Shown here: one piece after another, positions 26,199 through 34,474 of the stretch | Layout: every line of letters starts with the position of its first letter | Position numbering within the stretch: the stretch's first letter is position 1 | Position numbers and translations under genes: made by a program | Assembly: GCA_043821585.1 (NCBI GenBank) | Contig: JBDRCQ010000015.1 | Coordinates: forward strand, 135,341 to 199,340 | DNA from: an archaeon | Lineage (GTDB): Archaea; Nanobdellota; Nanobdellia; Pacearchaeales; GW2011-AR1 | DNA length: 64,000 nt | Reading direction: 5' to 3' | The notes under the pieces: model-generated | What the model was told of the DNA's origin: nothing | Databases searched by the model: none | The model's input: the letters and a program-made list of their open reading frames with translations, nothing else

Positions 26199-26996
26199 TT
26201 AGAAAGGAACATCGCCTAACAATTCCTGCCGGAGATTTGAAACCCAACTAGCATGGTGCTCGTCGGTGTCTTTTATGAGAACTAATGGAAAGGGGGTTAA
26301 AGGCGTTCTGTTTACTTGAATACTTCCGAGTCTTCTTCTTTTGATACAATAATCTGCTGGAGAGAGAGAAAACTTCTCTATGGTTGCTTCGGGCTGGGAG
26401 AAGAATGAGTCAAAAAGGACAGTTGAGAAGTTTGTGCATAAAACTCCCCTTTCTCCATCATATCTAGTTATGGGGGATGATTTTTCAAAACCAGACTGAT
26501 GTACTGTACGAACTATGCTAAACGGCAAGCCAACCATGAGTTTTGTGTCTTGAGCCAGATATTCTATTGCTTCTTCTTCTGACTTTCCCATTAGTGCCTT
26601 TTGAATGCCCCTTGTTCTGTACCTGAAAATGGTAAAGTAAATTTTTGGATCTGGGAATGGATAGTTAGATATCTGCAGAGATTCATATTTTCTTATTTGT
26701 TCATCTTTGAGCATTACCCTTCTTGTGTGACCTGCAGCTTTTACTTCTATGTATCTCTGTTTTGCTATGCTTGTTATATCTGGTTCTATTTCACAGTCTT
26801 CTTCTTGCTGCCTATTCCTTAGTTCTCCCGAGAAAATGGCGCGAGCAAGGCCTTCGTAAAAGTCTCTTATTAACCTGTTGGTGTGCACAGAACCAAAGCT
26901 AAATGTCTGTTGAATTTGGAGAGTTACTGTTGGATTTCTTGGATTATGAGTCTCTCCATCCCTCAGTATGTTTTCTAGTAGTTTTGCCGGAATCAT
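26199..26996 (-). CDS. hypothetical protein with a PD-(D/E)xK nuclease-like motif
   Basis: EIEPDITSIAKQRYIEVKA fits the PD...(D/E)xK spacing. Nothing else recognised. Confidence 0.45.
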   Translation of the reverse strand: MIPAKLLENILRDGETHNPRNPTVTLQIQQTFSFGSVHTNRLIRDFYEGLARAIFSGELRNRQQEEDCEIEPDITSIAKQRYIEVKAAGHTRRVMLKDEQIRKYESLQISNYPFPDPKIYFTIFRYRTRGIQKALMGKSEEEAIEYLAQDTKLMVGLPFSIVRTVHQSGFEKSSPITRYDGERGVLCTNFSTVLFDSFFSQPEATIEKFSLSPADYCIKRRRLGSIQVNRTPLTPFPLVLIKDTDEHHASWVSNLRQELLGDVPF

Positions 26997-27091
26997 AAAA
27001 TATTCTTGAGGATGGCATTAAAAATCATTATGGCAGTGGGAAATAGATGTGACGTTTGAATGACTATAAGCGATTTACTTGACATTACTTA

Positions 27092-27376
27092 TTAGTGCCT
27101 TGTTGGTTTGTAAAAATCCACGCCAGAAATTTGCCCTACGGATTCGGTTATTACGCTTGGGATATCTGGTGAGTCAGACTCGAAGCGTACTTCCACTACA
27201 TAATGCTGTGGTTTTGTGTCCCCGTTATGTCTTTCATGATCCATTTGATCTGCTCGTATTTTAGGAGGGCCTTCTAGAGTTAGAAGTTTTCCAGAGAACT
27301 CTACTACCGCTTCGTCTGGGACTATGAACTGATAAGTATGTTCATATCTCCCATTTCCTTTTTCTCTTGCAGGCAT
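27092..27376 (-). CDS. hypothetical protein
   Basis: ORF only. Confidence 0.4.
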   Translation of the reverse strand: MPAREKGNGRYEHTYQFIVPDEAVVEFSGKLLTLEGPPKIRADQMDHERHNGDTKPQHYVVEVRFESDSPDIPSVITESVGQISGVDFYKPTRH

Positions 27377-27410
27377 AAGAATCAGGAAAAGATTGCATAT
27401 AAAAACGTTT

Positions 27411-27995
27411 TCATTCAGAGATTTTGAGAATTGCCTCTAGCGCGAGGGGGAGTTCATTTATTCCGCTGGCTGGATCAAAGTGTCCTTTTTCGTGTTCGAT
27501 GTAGATTTCTGCTCCGAGAAGTTCCTTGAAGATATCTTTGCCCGAAAGTGGAACGTAAGGGTCGTTGTCTGAGAAGATTGCGACCGACTTGCCTATTTGG
27601 GATTTTACCTTTTCGAAATTAATTGGTGTTTCCATCCATGGCCTGGCCATTTCTACAACTTCTGGGCCCTCTTCTTCAATTGTTTGTTGATCGAGATGCA
27701 TCCATGGAGCAAGCAGGAGGATTCCACCGATTTTTGTTTCTTCTGGGAGAGTTTCAAGATATCTGAGGATTGCTTGGCAACCAATGCTGTGGCCAATGAA
27801 ATAAGTTTGGTTGTCCGGGCTTGTGATTGTTTCTTGCAGAAATGGAATCCATTCTTCTATTTTGGGATTTTCTGGGTTTGGCATTGCGGGAACGGTGACT
27901 TCATAGCCTTTGTTGGTAAGTTTTTCAGAGAGCCACTTAAGAAGAGGTTCTTCTGGGGATCCTTCCCAGCCGTGGATTATGTAGACTTTTTTCAT
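27411..27995 (-). CDS. RBBP9/YdeN-like serine hydrolase (alpha/beta fold)
   Basis: MKKVYIIHGWEGSPEEP, nucleophile elbow GHSIGC, C-terminal HEKGHF. Start moved to the internal ATG because the track ORF extension overlaps tRNA-Met. Confidence 0.75.
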   Translation of the reverse strand: MKKVYIIHGWEGSPEEPLLKWLSEKLTNKGYEVTVPAMPNPENPKIEEWIPFLQETITSPDNQTYFIGHSIGCQAILRYLETLPEETKIGGILLLAPWMHLDQQTIEEEGPEVVEMARPWMETPINFEKVKSQIGKSVAIFSDNDPYVPLSGKDIFKELLGAEIYIEHEKGHFDPASGINELPLALEAILKISE

Positions 27996-28043
27996 GTATT
28001 GAGAAGTGGAGGGTTGTATAAAAAAGTGGCGGTGAGGGTTCAA

Positions 28044-28163
28044 TAGCGGGGGTGGGATTTGAACCGCACGACCTCGAGGTTTCCAAGCGAATTCTCGCAG
28101 GAACGTAAATCCTACGGATTTCCTTATGGGCCTCGCGAGCACTCCAGGCTGCTCTACCCCGCT
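28044..28163 (-). tRNA. tRNA-Met (CAT) with a 44-nt intron at the canonical 37/38 position; A1:U72 suggests an initiator
   Basis: AGCGGGG-TA-GAGC..GCTC-G-CGAGG-CCCATAA-[intron with AAATCC/GGATTT hairpin]-CCTCG-AGGTC-GTG(C)GG-TTCAAAT-CCCAC-CCCCGCT-A. The T stem needs a 1-nt bulge. Confidence 0.8.
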
Positions 28164-28187
28164 ATGAGAAATAAAGGTAGGAGAGAA

Positions 28188-28197
28188 CTTTTAAAGG
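28188..28197. promoter_or_regulatory. shared near-palindromic TATA box (CTTTTAAAGG) between tRNA-Met and 28217-28564
   Basis: Centre is about 29 nt from the tRNA 5' end (minus strand) and about 25 nt from the ATG at 28217 (plus strand). Confidence 0.45.
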
Positions 28198-28216
28198 TTC
28201 CGATAATAACTATTTA

Positions 28217-28564
28217 ATGTACTTGCTACATTATATTCTTCCCCTTGTAGTGTTTTATTTTTATAGAAACAAGCCTATGTTGTGGGGGCTGTTGTTGGGC
28301 AATCTGATTGATTTAGACCATATTTATTTGAGGATGATCGGGGAGGTGCCTTGGTTTGGTTCTGCATGTTTGGAGTTTGGCAAGAATTGTAGTTTTGGCG
28401 TTTATCCGTTGCATAGCCCTTTATTTGTATTAATATTTTTTATTTTTGGGGCGCTTGTTTTCTCACCAGATAAAAGACTGAAGTTCGTTGGGTGGCTGAG
28501 TCTGGGAGCGTCTCTAAACCTTGTTTTAGATTGGATTCATTTGCTTATCGGGTTTGGGATTTAG
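28217..28564 (+). CDS. membrane protein
   Basis: 3-4 TM segments. LLGNLIDLDH motif. Confidence 0.5.
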   Translation: MYLLHYILPLVVFYFYRNKPMLWGLLLGNLIDLDHIYLRMIGEVPWFGSACLEFGKNCSFGVYPLHSPLFVLIFFIFGALVFSPDKRLKFVGWLSLGASLNLVLDWIHLLIGFGI

Positions 28565-28603
28565 CTCACTAAGTTTAAATAATTCTGATTCTGAATAGTT
28601 TGG

Positions 28604-29365
28604 ATGACGAGGTTGATTTTTTATAATGTAGAATATCTGGAAGGTTTGGACGGTCAGAAACTGAATTACTTAAAATTTTGGAAGCGGATTTCTCACCCGG
28701 ATGGAATTGAGAAAAAGATTGCGAGGGCGTTGAAGAGATTAAACCCTGATGTTGTTGCGTTTGCTGAAGTCGGGGGTAAGAATTTTGTTGAGGGAGATTA
28801 TTTTTCTTTTATTAAAAAAGAACTATGCATGGAACACCAAGTTAAGAGGGTGAAGTACGATCTGAGGGGAAAGCTGAATATCTTGAGGAAAGTTCCGCTG
28901 TTGAATCAGCAATCTAATGCAATTATGAGTAAAAAGGAGCTTTCTAAAATTGAGACTGTTTATTTGCATGAGGGGATGAAGAGAACGGTGATAAGGGTTG
29001 AGGTTAATCTTGGCAAGAAAGTGACTCTATTGCTTGTGCATCTCGCGCTTGGAGAAACGACTCGGAAGGCTCAGATTGAAGAATTGATTGGGATCGTAAG
29101 GGAGATAAATACGCCTGTAATTTTAGCAGGGGATTTCAACACATTTAACGGAGAAGAAGAAATTGAGGGTTTGTTGAGGAGGGCTGGTTTGAAGCATAAG
29201 TTTAAGATGAAGGGCGGACGGATATTCACTTACCCTACACATCACCCGAGAAGAAGACTTGATTATGTTCTAACCTCTCAGGGAATTAAAGTTAAGAATT
29301 ACGAAGTTTTGAAGATGCCCTTTTCAGACCATCTTCCGGTTATGATTGATTTTGAAGTTAGATAA
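28604..29365 (+). CDS. endonuclease/exonuclease/phosphatase (EEP) family protein
   Basis: NVEYL (N...E), LLVHLALG, ILAGDFNTF and FSDHLPVMIDF catalytic blocks. Confidence 0.8.
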   Translation: MTRLIFYNVEYLEGLDGQKLNYLKFWKRISHPDGIEKKIARALKRLNPDVVAFAEVGGKNFVEGDYFSFIKKELCMEHQVKRVKYDLRGKLNILRKVPLLNQQSNAIMSKKELSKIETVYLHEGMKRTVIRVEVNLGKKVTLLLVHLALGETTRKAQIEELIGIVREINTPVILAGDFNTFNGEEEIEGLLRRAGLKHKFKMKGGRIFTYPTHHPRRRLDYVLTSQGIKVKNYEVLKMPFSDHLPVMIDFEVR

Positions 29366-29394
29366 CAAAACAGTAAAAAAAATTATGAGGATGT

Positions 29395-29472
29395 TTATTC
29401 TTCCTCGTCTTCGTCCCCAGACTCTTCCTCATCTTCGGTTTCGTCTTCGGTTTCTTCTAATTCTTCAGGCAT
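29395..29472 (-). CDS. candidate 25-aa poly-acidic micropeptide
   Basis: MPEELEETEDETEDEEESGDEDEEE. GGGAGG lies 7 nt upstream of the ATG and TTTTTAAA is about 42 nt upstream. Confidence 0.3.
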   Translation of the reverse strand: MPEELEETEDETEDEEESGDEDEEE

Positions 29473-29622
29473 TTTTTGACCTCCCTTGATCGGGTTTGAT
29501 AGATTTCCTGTTTAAAAACTTTGCTAACTAAAATGTGCTATCTGGTAATGAAAACAAAGAATTAAAAATGGAAGGGTACGAGTTTTGCAATGGTTTTTAT
29601 ATGAGATTTTGCTTTTCTTTTT

Positions 29623-31593
29623 ATGATTAAGAATAAAGTTGTCTCTAAAAAGAGGAAGAGGCTGATTATTGGAAGTATTGCGTTTGGCGCCATTTTAGTG
29701 ATCTTTCTCCTTGTTCAATTTTATCTTTATTTTAATTTCTTGTTGGGAAATGATGTTGCTGTGAGGGTGAGTGTTGATAAAGAATTTGTCTCGCTGAAAC
29801 ATTGGGAAAGAGGGGAAATCACTGTTGTTGCTAAAATCCTGACTAATCCTTTTTGTGAGACTAGGTGCGAGTATCAATTTTTGGATGTTTCTAAGAACTC
29901 TAGTGTTGGTGAGGGCGAATTTATCTTTAAGAACTCAGAGCCTTTTTCTAAGACCTATTCTCTGCTCGCCCCTCCCAAGGGAACCGGAGAGATAATTTAT
30001 AGATTTGAGATCAATTGTGCTAGTTCTGAAGGGTTTCTGTGTTATAGCAGGCCAGAGCCATTTTATCAGAGCACGCCGGTCATTCTGGGGTATGGGCTCA
30101 CTGAAGAAGAGGAAGCAATCAAGAATCTTACGTTGGAGGAATTGGGCGGTCTCCTTGATGACCTTTACGAGTGGGAAGATTACCTTTGGGGGTTGAATGC
30201 CGAAATTAATTCTTCACCCCTCTCAGTTGAAGGAGTTCATGGGATGATTGCGCGCGTTAAAGCATCGAAGCATGATGCCTTAGATATTAAAGAGTTCTGG
30301 GAAGCAGGAAGCTATTTGACTGCTGGAGAAGTTTTGGAAAAGAAGTCTGGCGAGTTTTATAATTCCAGTAAAGAATTTGCTGAGTTTGAAAATAAAACTA
30401 ATGCGGAGGTTGCTAGATTCAATTATTTGGTTGGAGAGTTTAATTCGGCCCAAGAGGAGTTCTCTAGAGTTTTGTACCTGAACTTTTCAGATGATCGAAT
30501 TTCTAATGCGCGCTCTTCTGCGGAAGAGTTTATTGTGGCACGCGACTCTTTTTTGGATAAGGGCAATTTGTTGAGCAAAGAGGGCCCGGTGAATGCTCTC
30601 GAAAAAGAACTTGAATCAATTTCGCTTAGTTTTGAAGAAGATATTTTGGAAGGTCTTGAGCAGAATAATTCTCTGGATGTTGGTTTTGAGGTTTCTGTGA
30701 CTAGTTTTGTTGAAGTTAATAAAACAGATTTTGAGGGTATTAAGTTTATTGAGCTTGAAAGCCAATGTTGTTTGTTTGGAGAGTGTGGTTCTTGTTGTGA
30801 AGATTGTAACTCTGATGAGGGCCTTTATCCGATTGTGTTCTTGCACGGGCATGATTTTAGTTCGAAGGTTTCTGCAGAGTATAACCTTAATATTTTTGAG
30901 GGAATGCAAAGAGAGCTTGAGCGTGATGGACTTTTCAATGCAGGGACTATGTTGATAAATGTCCCGGAAGATGTTTTGGAGGGTAGTTGGAGAAAAGTGC
31001 CTTGGCCCGTTAGCGTTAAGTCTAGCTACTATTTTGATTCGATTAGAAAAGAAGGAGAACTTAGTATTTTGCAAACAAAAAAAGATAATATTGACACATA
31101 CTCTATAAGGCTTAACAGCATTGTTGAGAGCGTTAAGAAAAAGACCGGGAAGGATAAGGTTGTTTTGGTTACGCATAGTATGGGGGGGCTTGTTGCTAGG
31201 AGATACATCCAGATTTTTGGAGAGGATGATGTTTACAAATTAATTATGGTTGCTTCTCCGAACCAGGGAATTAGCGAAAGGGTTTATAGTTTTTGTAAGG
31301 CATTTGGGGAGTCGCAAGAATGTGATGATATGGTCAAAGGCAGTTTACTACTTAGCAAGTTGAGTAACCAGGAATTTGGTGAGATCGAAGTTTACAACAT
31401 TGTGGGCGTTGGCTGCGACACTGGCGGTTCGGATGGGGATGGGGTCGTTAAGAAAGAAAATGCTGTCTTGGGCGGGGCAGAGAACTATTTTGTAAATGGA
31501 ACTTGTGGCGGTTTTGATTATTTGCATTCTATGATTGTGGACCCTAACGAATATCCGGAAACATATGATATTCTGAAAGATATTTTGTTTTAG
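29623..31593 (+). CDS. membrane-anchored protein with a C-terminal lipase/PGAP1-like alpha/beta hydrolase domain
   Basis: N-terminal TM LIIGSIAFGAILVIFLL. PIVFLHGH and VLVTHSMGGLVARRYI (GxSxG). A Cys cluster CCLFGECGSCCEDC precedes the hydrolase domain. Confidence 0.7.
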   Translation: MIKNKVVSKKRKRLIIGSIAFGAILVIFLLVQFYLYFNFLLGNDVAVRVSVDKEFVSLKHWERGEITVVAKILTNPFCETRCEYQFLDVSKNSSVGEGEFIFKNSEPFSKTYSLLAPPKGTGEIIYRFEINCASSEGFLCYSRPEPFYQSTPVILGYGLTEEEEAIKNLTLEELGGLLDDLYEWEDYLWGLNAEINSSPLSVEGVHGMIARVKASKHDALDIKEFWEAGSYLTAGEVLEKKSGEFYNSSKEFAEFENKTNAEVARFNYLVGEFNSAQEEFSRVLYLNFSDDRISNARSSAEEFIVARDSFLDKGNLLSKEGPVNALEKELESISLSFEEDILEGLEQNNSLDVGFEVSVTSFVEVNKTDFEGIKFIELESQCCLFGECGSCCEDCNSDEGLYPIVFLHGHDFSSKVSAEYNLNIFEGMQRELERDGLFNAGTMLINVPEDVLEGSWRKVPWPVSVKSSYYFDSIRKEGELSILQTKKDNIDTYSIRLNSIVESVKKKTGKDKVVLVTHSMGGLVARRYIQIFGEDDVYKLIMVASPNQGISERVYSFCKAFGESQECDDMVKGSLLLSKLSNQEFGEIEVYNIVGVGCDTGGSDGDGVVKKENAVLGGAENYFVNGTCGGFDYLHSMIVDPNEYPETYDILKDILF

Positions 31594-31603
31594 CCAAGAA
31601 ACT

Positions 31604-33823
31604 CTAGGCGCTGCCGACTGCAAAATACAAATTAGATTCAAAAGTATTTCCAGCTTCGTCCTTAATGTAAATTGTTAGATTATGCTCGCCATCCACAAAC
31701 CTTTTTCTTTTTTCACAAATTCCATCTGAAAGTCTTGAACAGAGTCTTCGTTCTCTTGGCGTTCTATCATTCCAGTCAACATAATTGATTTCATCAAAAT
31801 TTGGTTCTGTAACGTTGAACGTGAAGTAAATGTATCTCTCGTATCTTTCCTCCCCTTGGATCCAATAACTACCTGGATTGTTCAATATTGGGGCAACTAC
31901 GTCAACATCCAACTCGCGCTCTCTGGATTGATCAGTCTGTCCGAGAATATCTGTGAGGTTGAACCAATAACTGATCTCCTGCCCGTGATAGCCACTGACG
32001 TCAACTTCTGCTTCACATTCATATTTGTTGTCCAGGGTGCATGATTGCTCAATGCTCACTTCGAAATCTCTAAATCCAGTTTGGTCGTTTCCGTAACTTA
32101 GTATCAACCTAACCGGATTGTCTTCCCTAAATTCAGCATTAAACCCTCCGTTTGAAAACCCTTTTCGCGGCTCGGTTTTTGTAATCTGAGGGTCTTTGCT
32201 GTCCGTTCTGAACTCTGCAGTTTTTTCATCCACAACAGCACCATCTTTGATGGCTTTGAAGGTCACATTGTGAAAACCATCTCTAAATGACTTCGTCCTT
32301 TCCCGATCGTTTCCATAACCAAAACAATTCCTTCTGCAAAGAGTTCTTTCCCTAGGTCTGTCCTCAGCAGTGTCGATGTAAGTGACCTCGTCAACTTCTA
32401 AATTAGTTGTAACGTTAAACTGGACCCTTCTTCCATCAAATACCTCCTGCGAGGGAGAATTGATTGTCAGCCTGATAACGCAAACTTCATCCTCGTCGGT
32501 TTCTCCGTCACAGTCGTTATCTAATCCGTCGCATAGTTCTTCTTGGGGCATTCCTAGAATTGCGTTGCATTCGCTAGAAAGTCCGCTTAATGAACACTCG
32601 TAGATTCCCTCGCTTCTACATTCACCTAGACCACTAAAACAAATTTCTCCTAATTCTGGAAAGTCTTCATCAATTTCTTCGTCACAGTCGTTATCTAATC
32701 CGTCACAGGTTTCATTTTCAGGACCAACTCCAGAACATCCGCTCCATTCTCCCCAAGTGCAATCTACTTGACATTCTCTTGCTATTTCGCCGATTGTGCA
32801 TTCCCCGAGTTCGGACCCACATATTTCTGTTTCAAGGTCTCCATCGCATTCTTCTGTGAGGCCTTCTAAGTTTAAAATATCCATGTGCCCGTCCCCGCAA
32901 ACTCCATACCTTAAATCGCTGGGATATTTACCAAGATATGCAGAGAGCATTTCAGGAGAAACATTGATAGGAATTGGCGTAGAGTTGCCCGCTACGAAAA
33001 ACTGATGTATAACAAAATAGTTGTCCGAGTTCCACCCCCTTAGTTCTACCCCCCAATCGCTACGAAAAGAATATATGTTAGATTCTTCGAAAGTTTCTAC
33101 AGAAACATTATCAAAATCCCCATAAATCATTTCATCCAGAAAGTTTTGGATAGATCCTGGATTATCAAAAACATAAACTTTAACTCGGTCATAAGAGGAT
33201 TCCGAAGTGTTGTACATTGCTCGATAGACCTCCAATATACCTTCATGATCCCCAGACCATTCTATGGTGGAATAAAAATAAATCCAATCCTCCAGGTCAT
33301 ATCTAAGAAAGTGTCTATCAAGTTCGGAAGTATTAATCCAAAAGAAAGTAGAGGCCGTAAGTTCGGTTTGTGCATCCTCCACGCATCTAAATTCAAGAAA
33401 GTAAGGCACGTATGGCGGTCCTTGCATATTGTCCTGTAGATCGAAAAGATAATCATAATGGGTTGTGCTATTTCCATAAGTCATTTGTTTGAACTCAGAT
33501 CCCTCAAAACTATATTGGCATGTTGTATTTGTATCTGTCTCAATCTCAAACTCCATATAGTCCGTTATGTAATAATAGCCCTCAATGGGCCAGATAACTT
33601 CAATGCCCAAGGAAGTAGCTGCAAACATTCCGTTTCCTCCTGACTTGTCTTCTTCTGGGAGTGTTGTCTGAAAAGGAGATACGTTGTTAAAGGAATAGAT
33701 TGAATTTCCTTTTTGGCCTCCCAGCTTTTCTTTTACGATTGGGGAAATAGCTAAAACTGAAAAACTCGTGGAAACTAAAATCACAAGAGCCACTAAGGCG
33801 CAAACATATGTCCTATTCACCAT
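31604..33823 (-). CDS. large secreted Cys-rich surface protein with CDGxDNDCD (MopE-type) motifs and duplicated Ig-like modules
   Basis: Signal VCALVALVILVSTSFSVLA. CDGLDNDCDEEIDED and CDGLDNDCDGETDEDE. Two C-terminal modules share FNVT..I.Y.D..DR.PRER.LC.R...F.DG.HN.T. Confidence 0.75.
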   Translation of the reverse strand: MVNRTYVCALVALVILVSTSFSVLAISPIVKEKLGGQKGNSIYSFNNVSPFQTTLPEEDKSGGNGMFAATSLGIEVIWPIEGYYYITDYMEFEIETDTNTTCQYSFEGSEFKQMTYGNSTTHYDYLFDLQDNMQGPPYVPYFLEFRCVEDAQTELTASTFFWINTSELDRHFLRYDLEDWIYFYSTIEWSGDHEGILEVYRAMYNTSESSYDRVKVYVFDNPGSIQNFLDEMIYGDFDNVSVETFEESNIYSFRSDWGVELRGWNSDNYFVIHQFFVAGNSTPIPINVSPEMLSAYLGKYPSDLRYGVCGDGHMDILNLEGLTEECDGDLETEICGSELGECTIGEIARECQVDCTWGEWSGCSGVGPENETCDGLDNDCDEEIDEDFPELGEICFSGLGECRSEGIYECSLSGLSSECNAILGMPQEELCDGLDNDCDGETDEDEVCVIRLTINSPSQEVFDGRRVQFNVTTNLEVDEVTYIDTAEDRPRERTLCRRNCFGYGNDRERTKSFRDGFHNVTFKAIKDGAVVDEKTAEFRTDSKDPQITKTEPRKGFSNGGFNAEFREDNPVRLILSYGNDQTGFRDFEVSIEQSCTLDNKYECEAEVDVSGYHGQEISYWFNLTDILGQTDQSRERELDVDVVAPILNNPGSYWIQGEERYERYIYFTFNVTEPNFDEINYVDWNDRTPRERRLCSRLSDGICEKRKRFVDGEHNLTIYIKDEAGNTFESNLYFAVGSA

Positions 33824-33970
33824 TTTTTTACGAGAAATTCTTAGCAGATACTATTCGAGATCGAAGTTGTTGGAGTTCTCGATTAAATAAGGCCTGTTGT
33901 TGTTATAAATCTTTTTAGAAGATTTTAGTTATGTTTGAGTGATAAAATTTAACTGTTGCCCTTTTGTTAC

Positions 33971-33986
33971 ACGCCCAGGACAAGAT
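33971..33986 (-). repeat. 16-nt direct repeat of the tRNA-Ser 3' end (second copy at 34118-34133)
   Basis: ACGCCCAGGACAAGAT occurs at both positions on the plus strand. The copy at 34118-34133 is the T-arm/acceptor end of the tRNA. Confidence 0.8.
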
Positions 33987-34118
33987 CCAGAAGTACAACT
34001 TCTTTTTCTAAAAGAAGTTGTACGCATCAAGAAAGCTATTATTGCTTCGCGAAGCGAAGTTGTCTGCCACAGGCACAAAGTGCCCTGCAACAATGTTTCG
34101 CTGCGCTTAACATTGATA

Positions 34119-34201
34119 CGCCCAGGACAAGATTCGAACTTGCGCATCCGTGAGGAAACGGGATTAGCAATCCCGCGCGTTAACCACTCCGCCACCTGGG
34201 C
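34119..34201 (-). tRNA. tRNA-Ser (GCT)
   Basis: GCCCAGG-TG-GCG..CGC-G-CGGGA-TTGCTAA-TCCCG, long variable arm, GCAAG-TTCGAAT-CTTGT-CCTGGGC-G. G73 discriminator. Confidence 0.85.
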
Positions 34202-34225
34202 ATGGAAAACAGAGATATTAGGAGG

Positions 34226-34233
34226 TTTTAAAG
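34226..34233 (-). promoter_or_regulatory. TATA box for tRNA-Ser
   Basis: CTTTAAAA on the minus strand, centred about 28 nt upstream of the tRNA 5' end. Confidence 0.45.
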
Positions 34234-34255
34234 TTTTTTAATAAGAAATATAAGT

Positions 34256-34444
34256 TTAACTCGACGCTTTCATTATTCCTGCGATCACTGCGACCAAGCC
34301 GGCCATCCCAAGGATTACTTGAAAGCCAGTTGTTTCCTGGTGAGCCTGGGCTGCAGGAGATAAAGAAGGATCTATGAACGCGAAGGACGCGGCCATGATC
34401 AAGATTATTCCTAAAGCGACAAATATCCATGTCCAACTTCCCAT
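34256..34444 (-). CDS. small 2-TM membrane protein
   Basis: ORF with two hydrophobic segments. TATA-like ATATATAAAA upstream. Confidence 0.4.
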   Translation of the reverse strand: MGSWTWIFVALGIILIMAASFAFIDPSLSPAAQAHQETTGFQVILGMAGLVAVIAGIMKASS

Positions 34445-34474
34445 ATAAATTACGAAAAAATCAGATATATAAAA

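Noticed and set aside
27996-28142. The N-terminal 49-aa extension of the serine hydrolase ORF.
   Set aside because: The extension runs through tRNA-Met on the same strand. The conserved hydrolase sequence starts at the internal MKKVYIIHGW.
33929-34241. Three ORFs of 65-100 aa that overlap the tRNA-Ser locus.
   Set aside because: They overlap a well-folded tRNA and its structured trailer, and their translations have no coding character.
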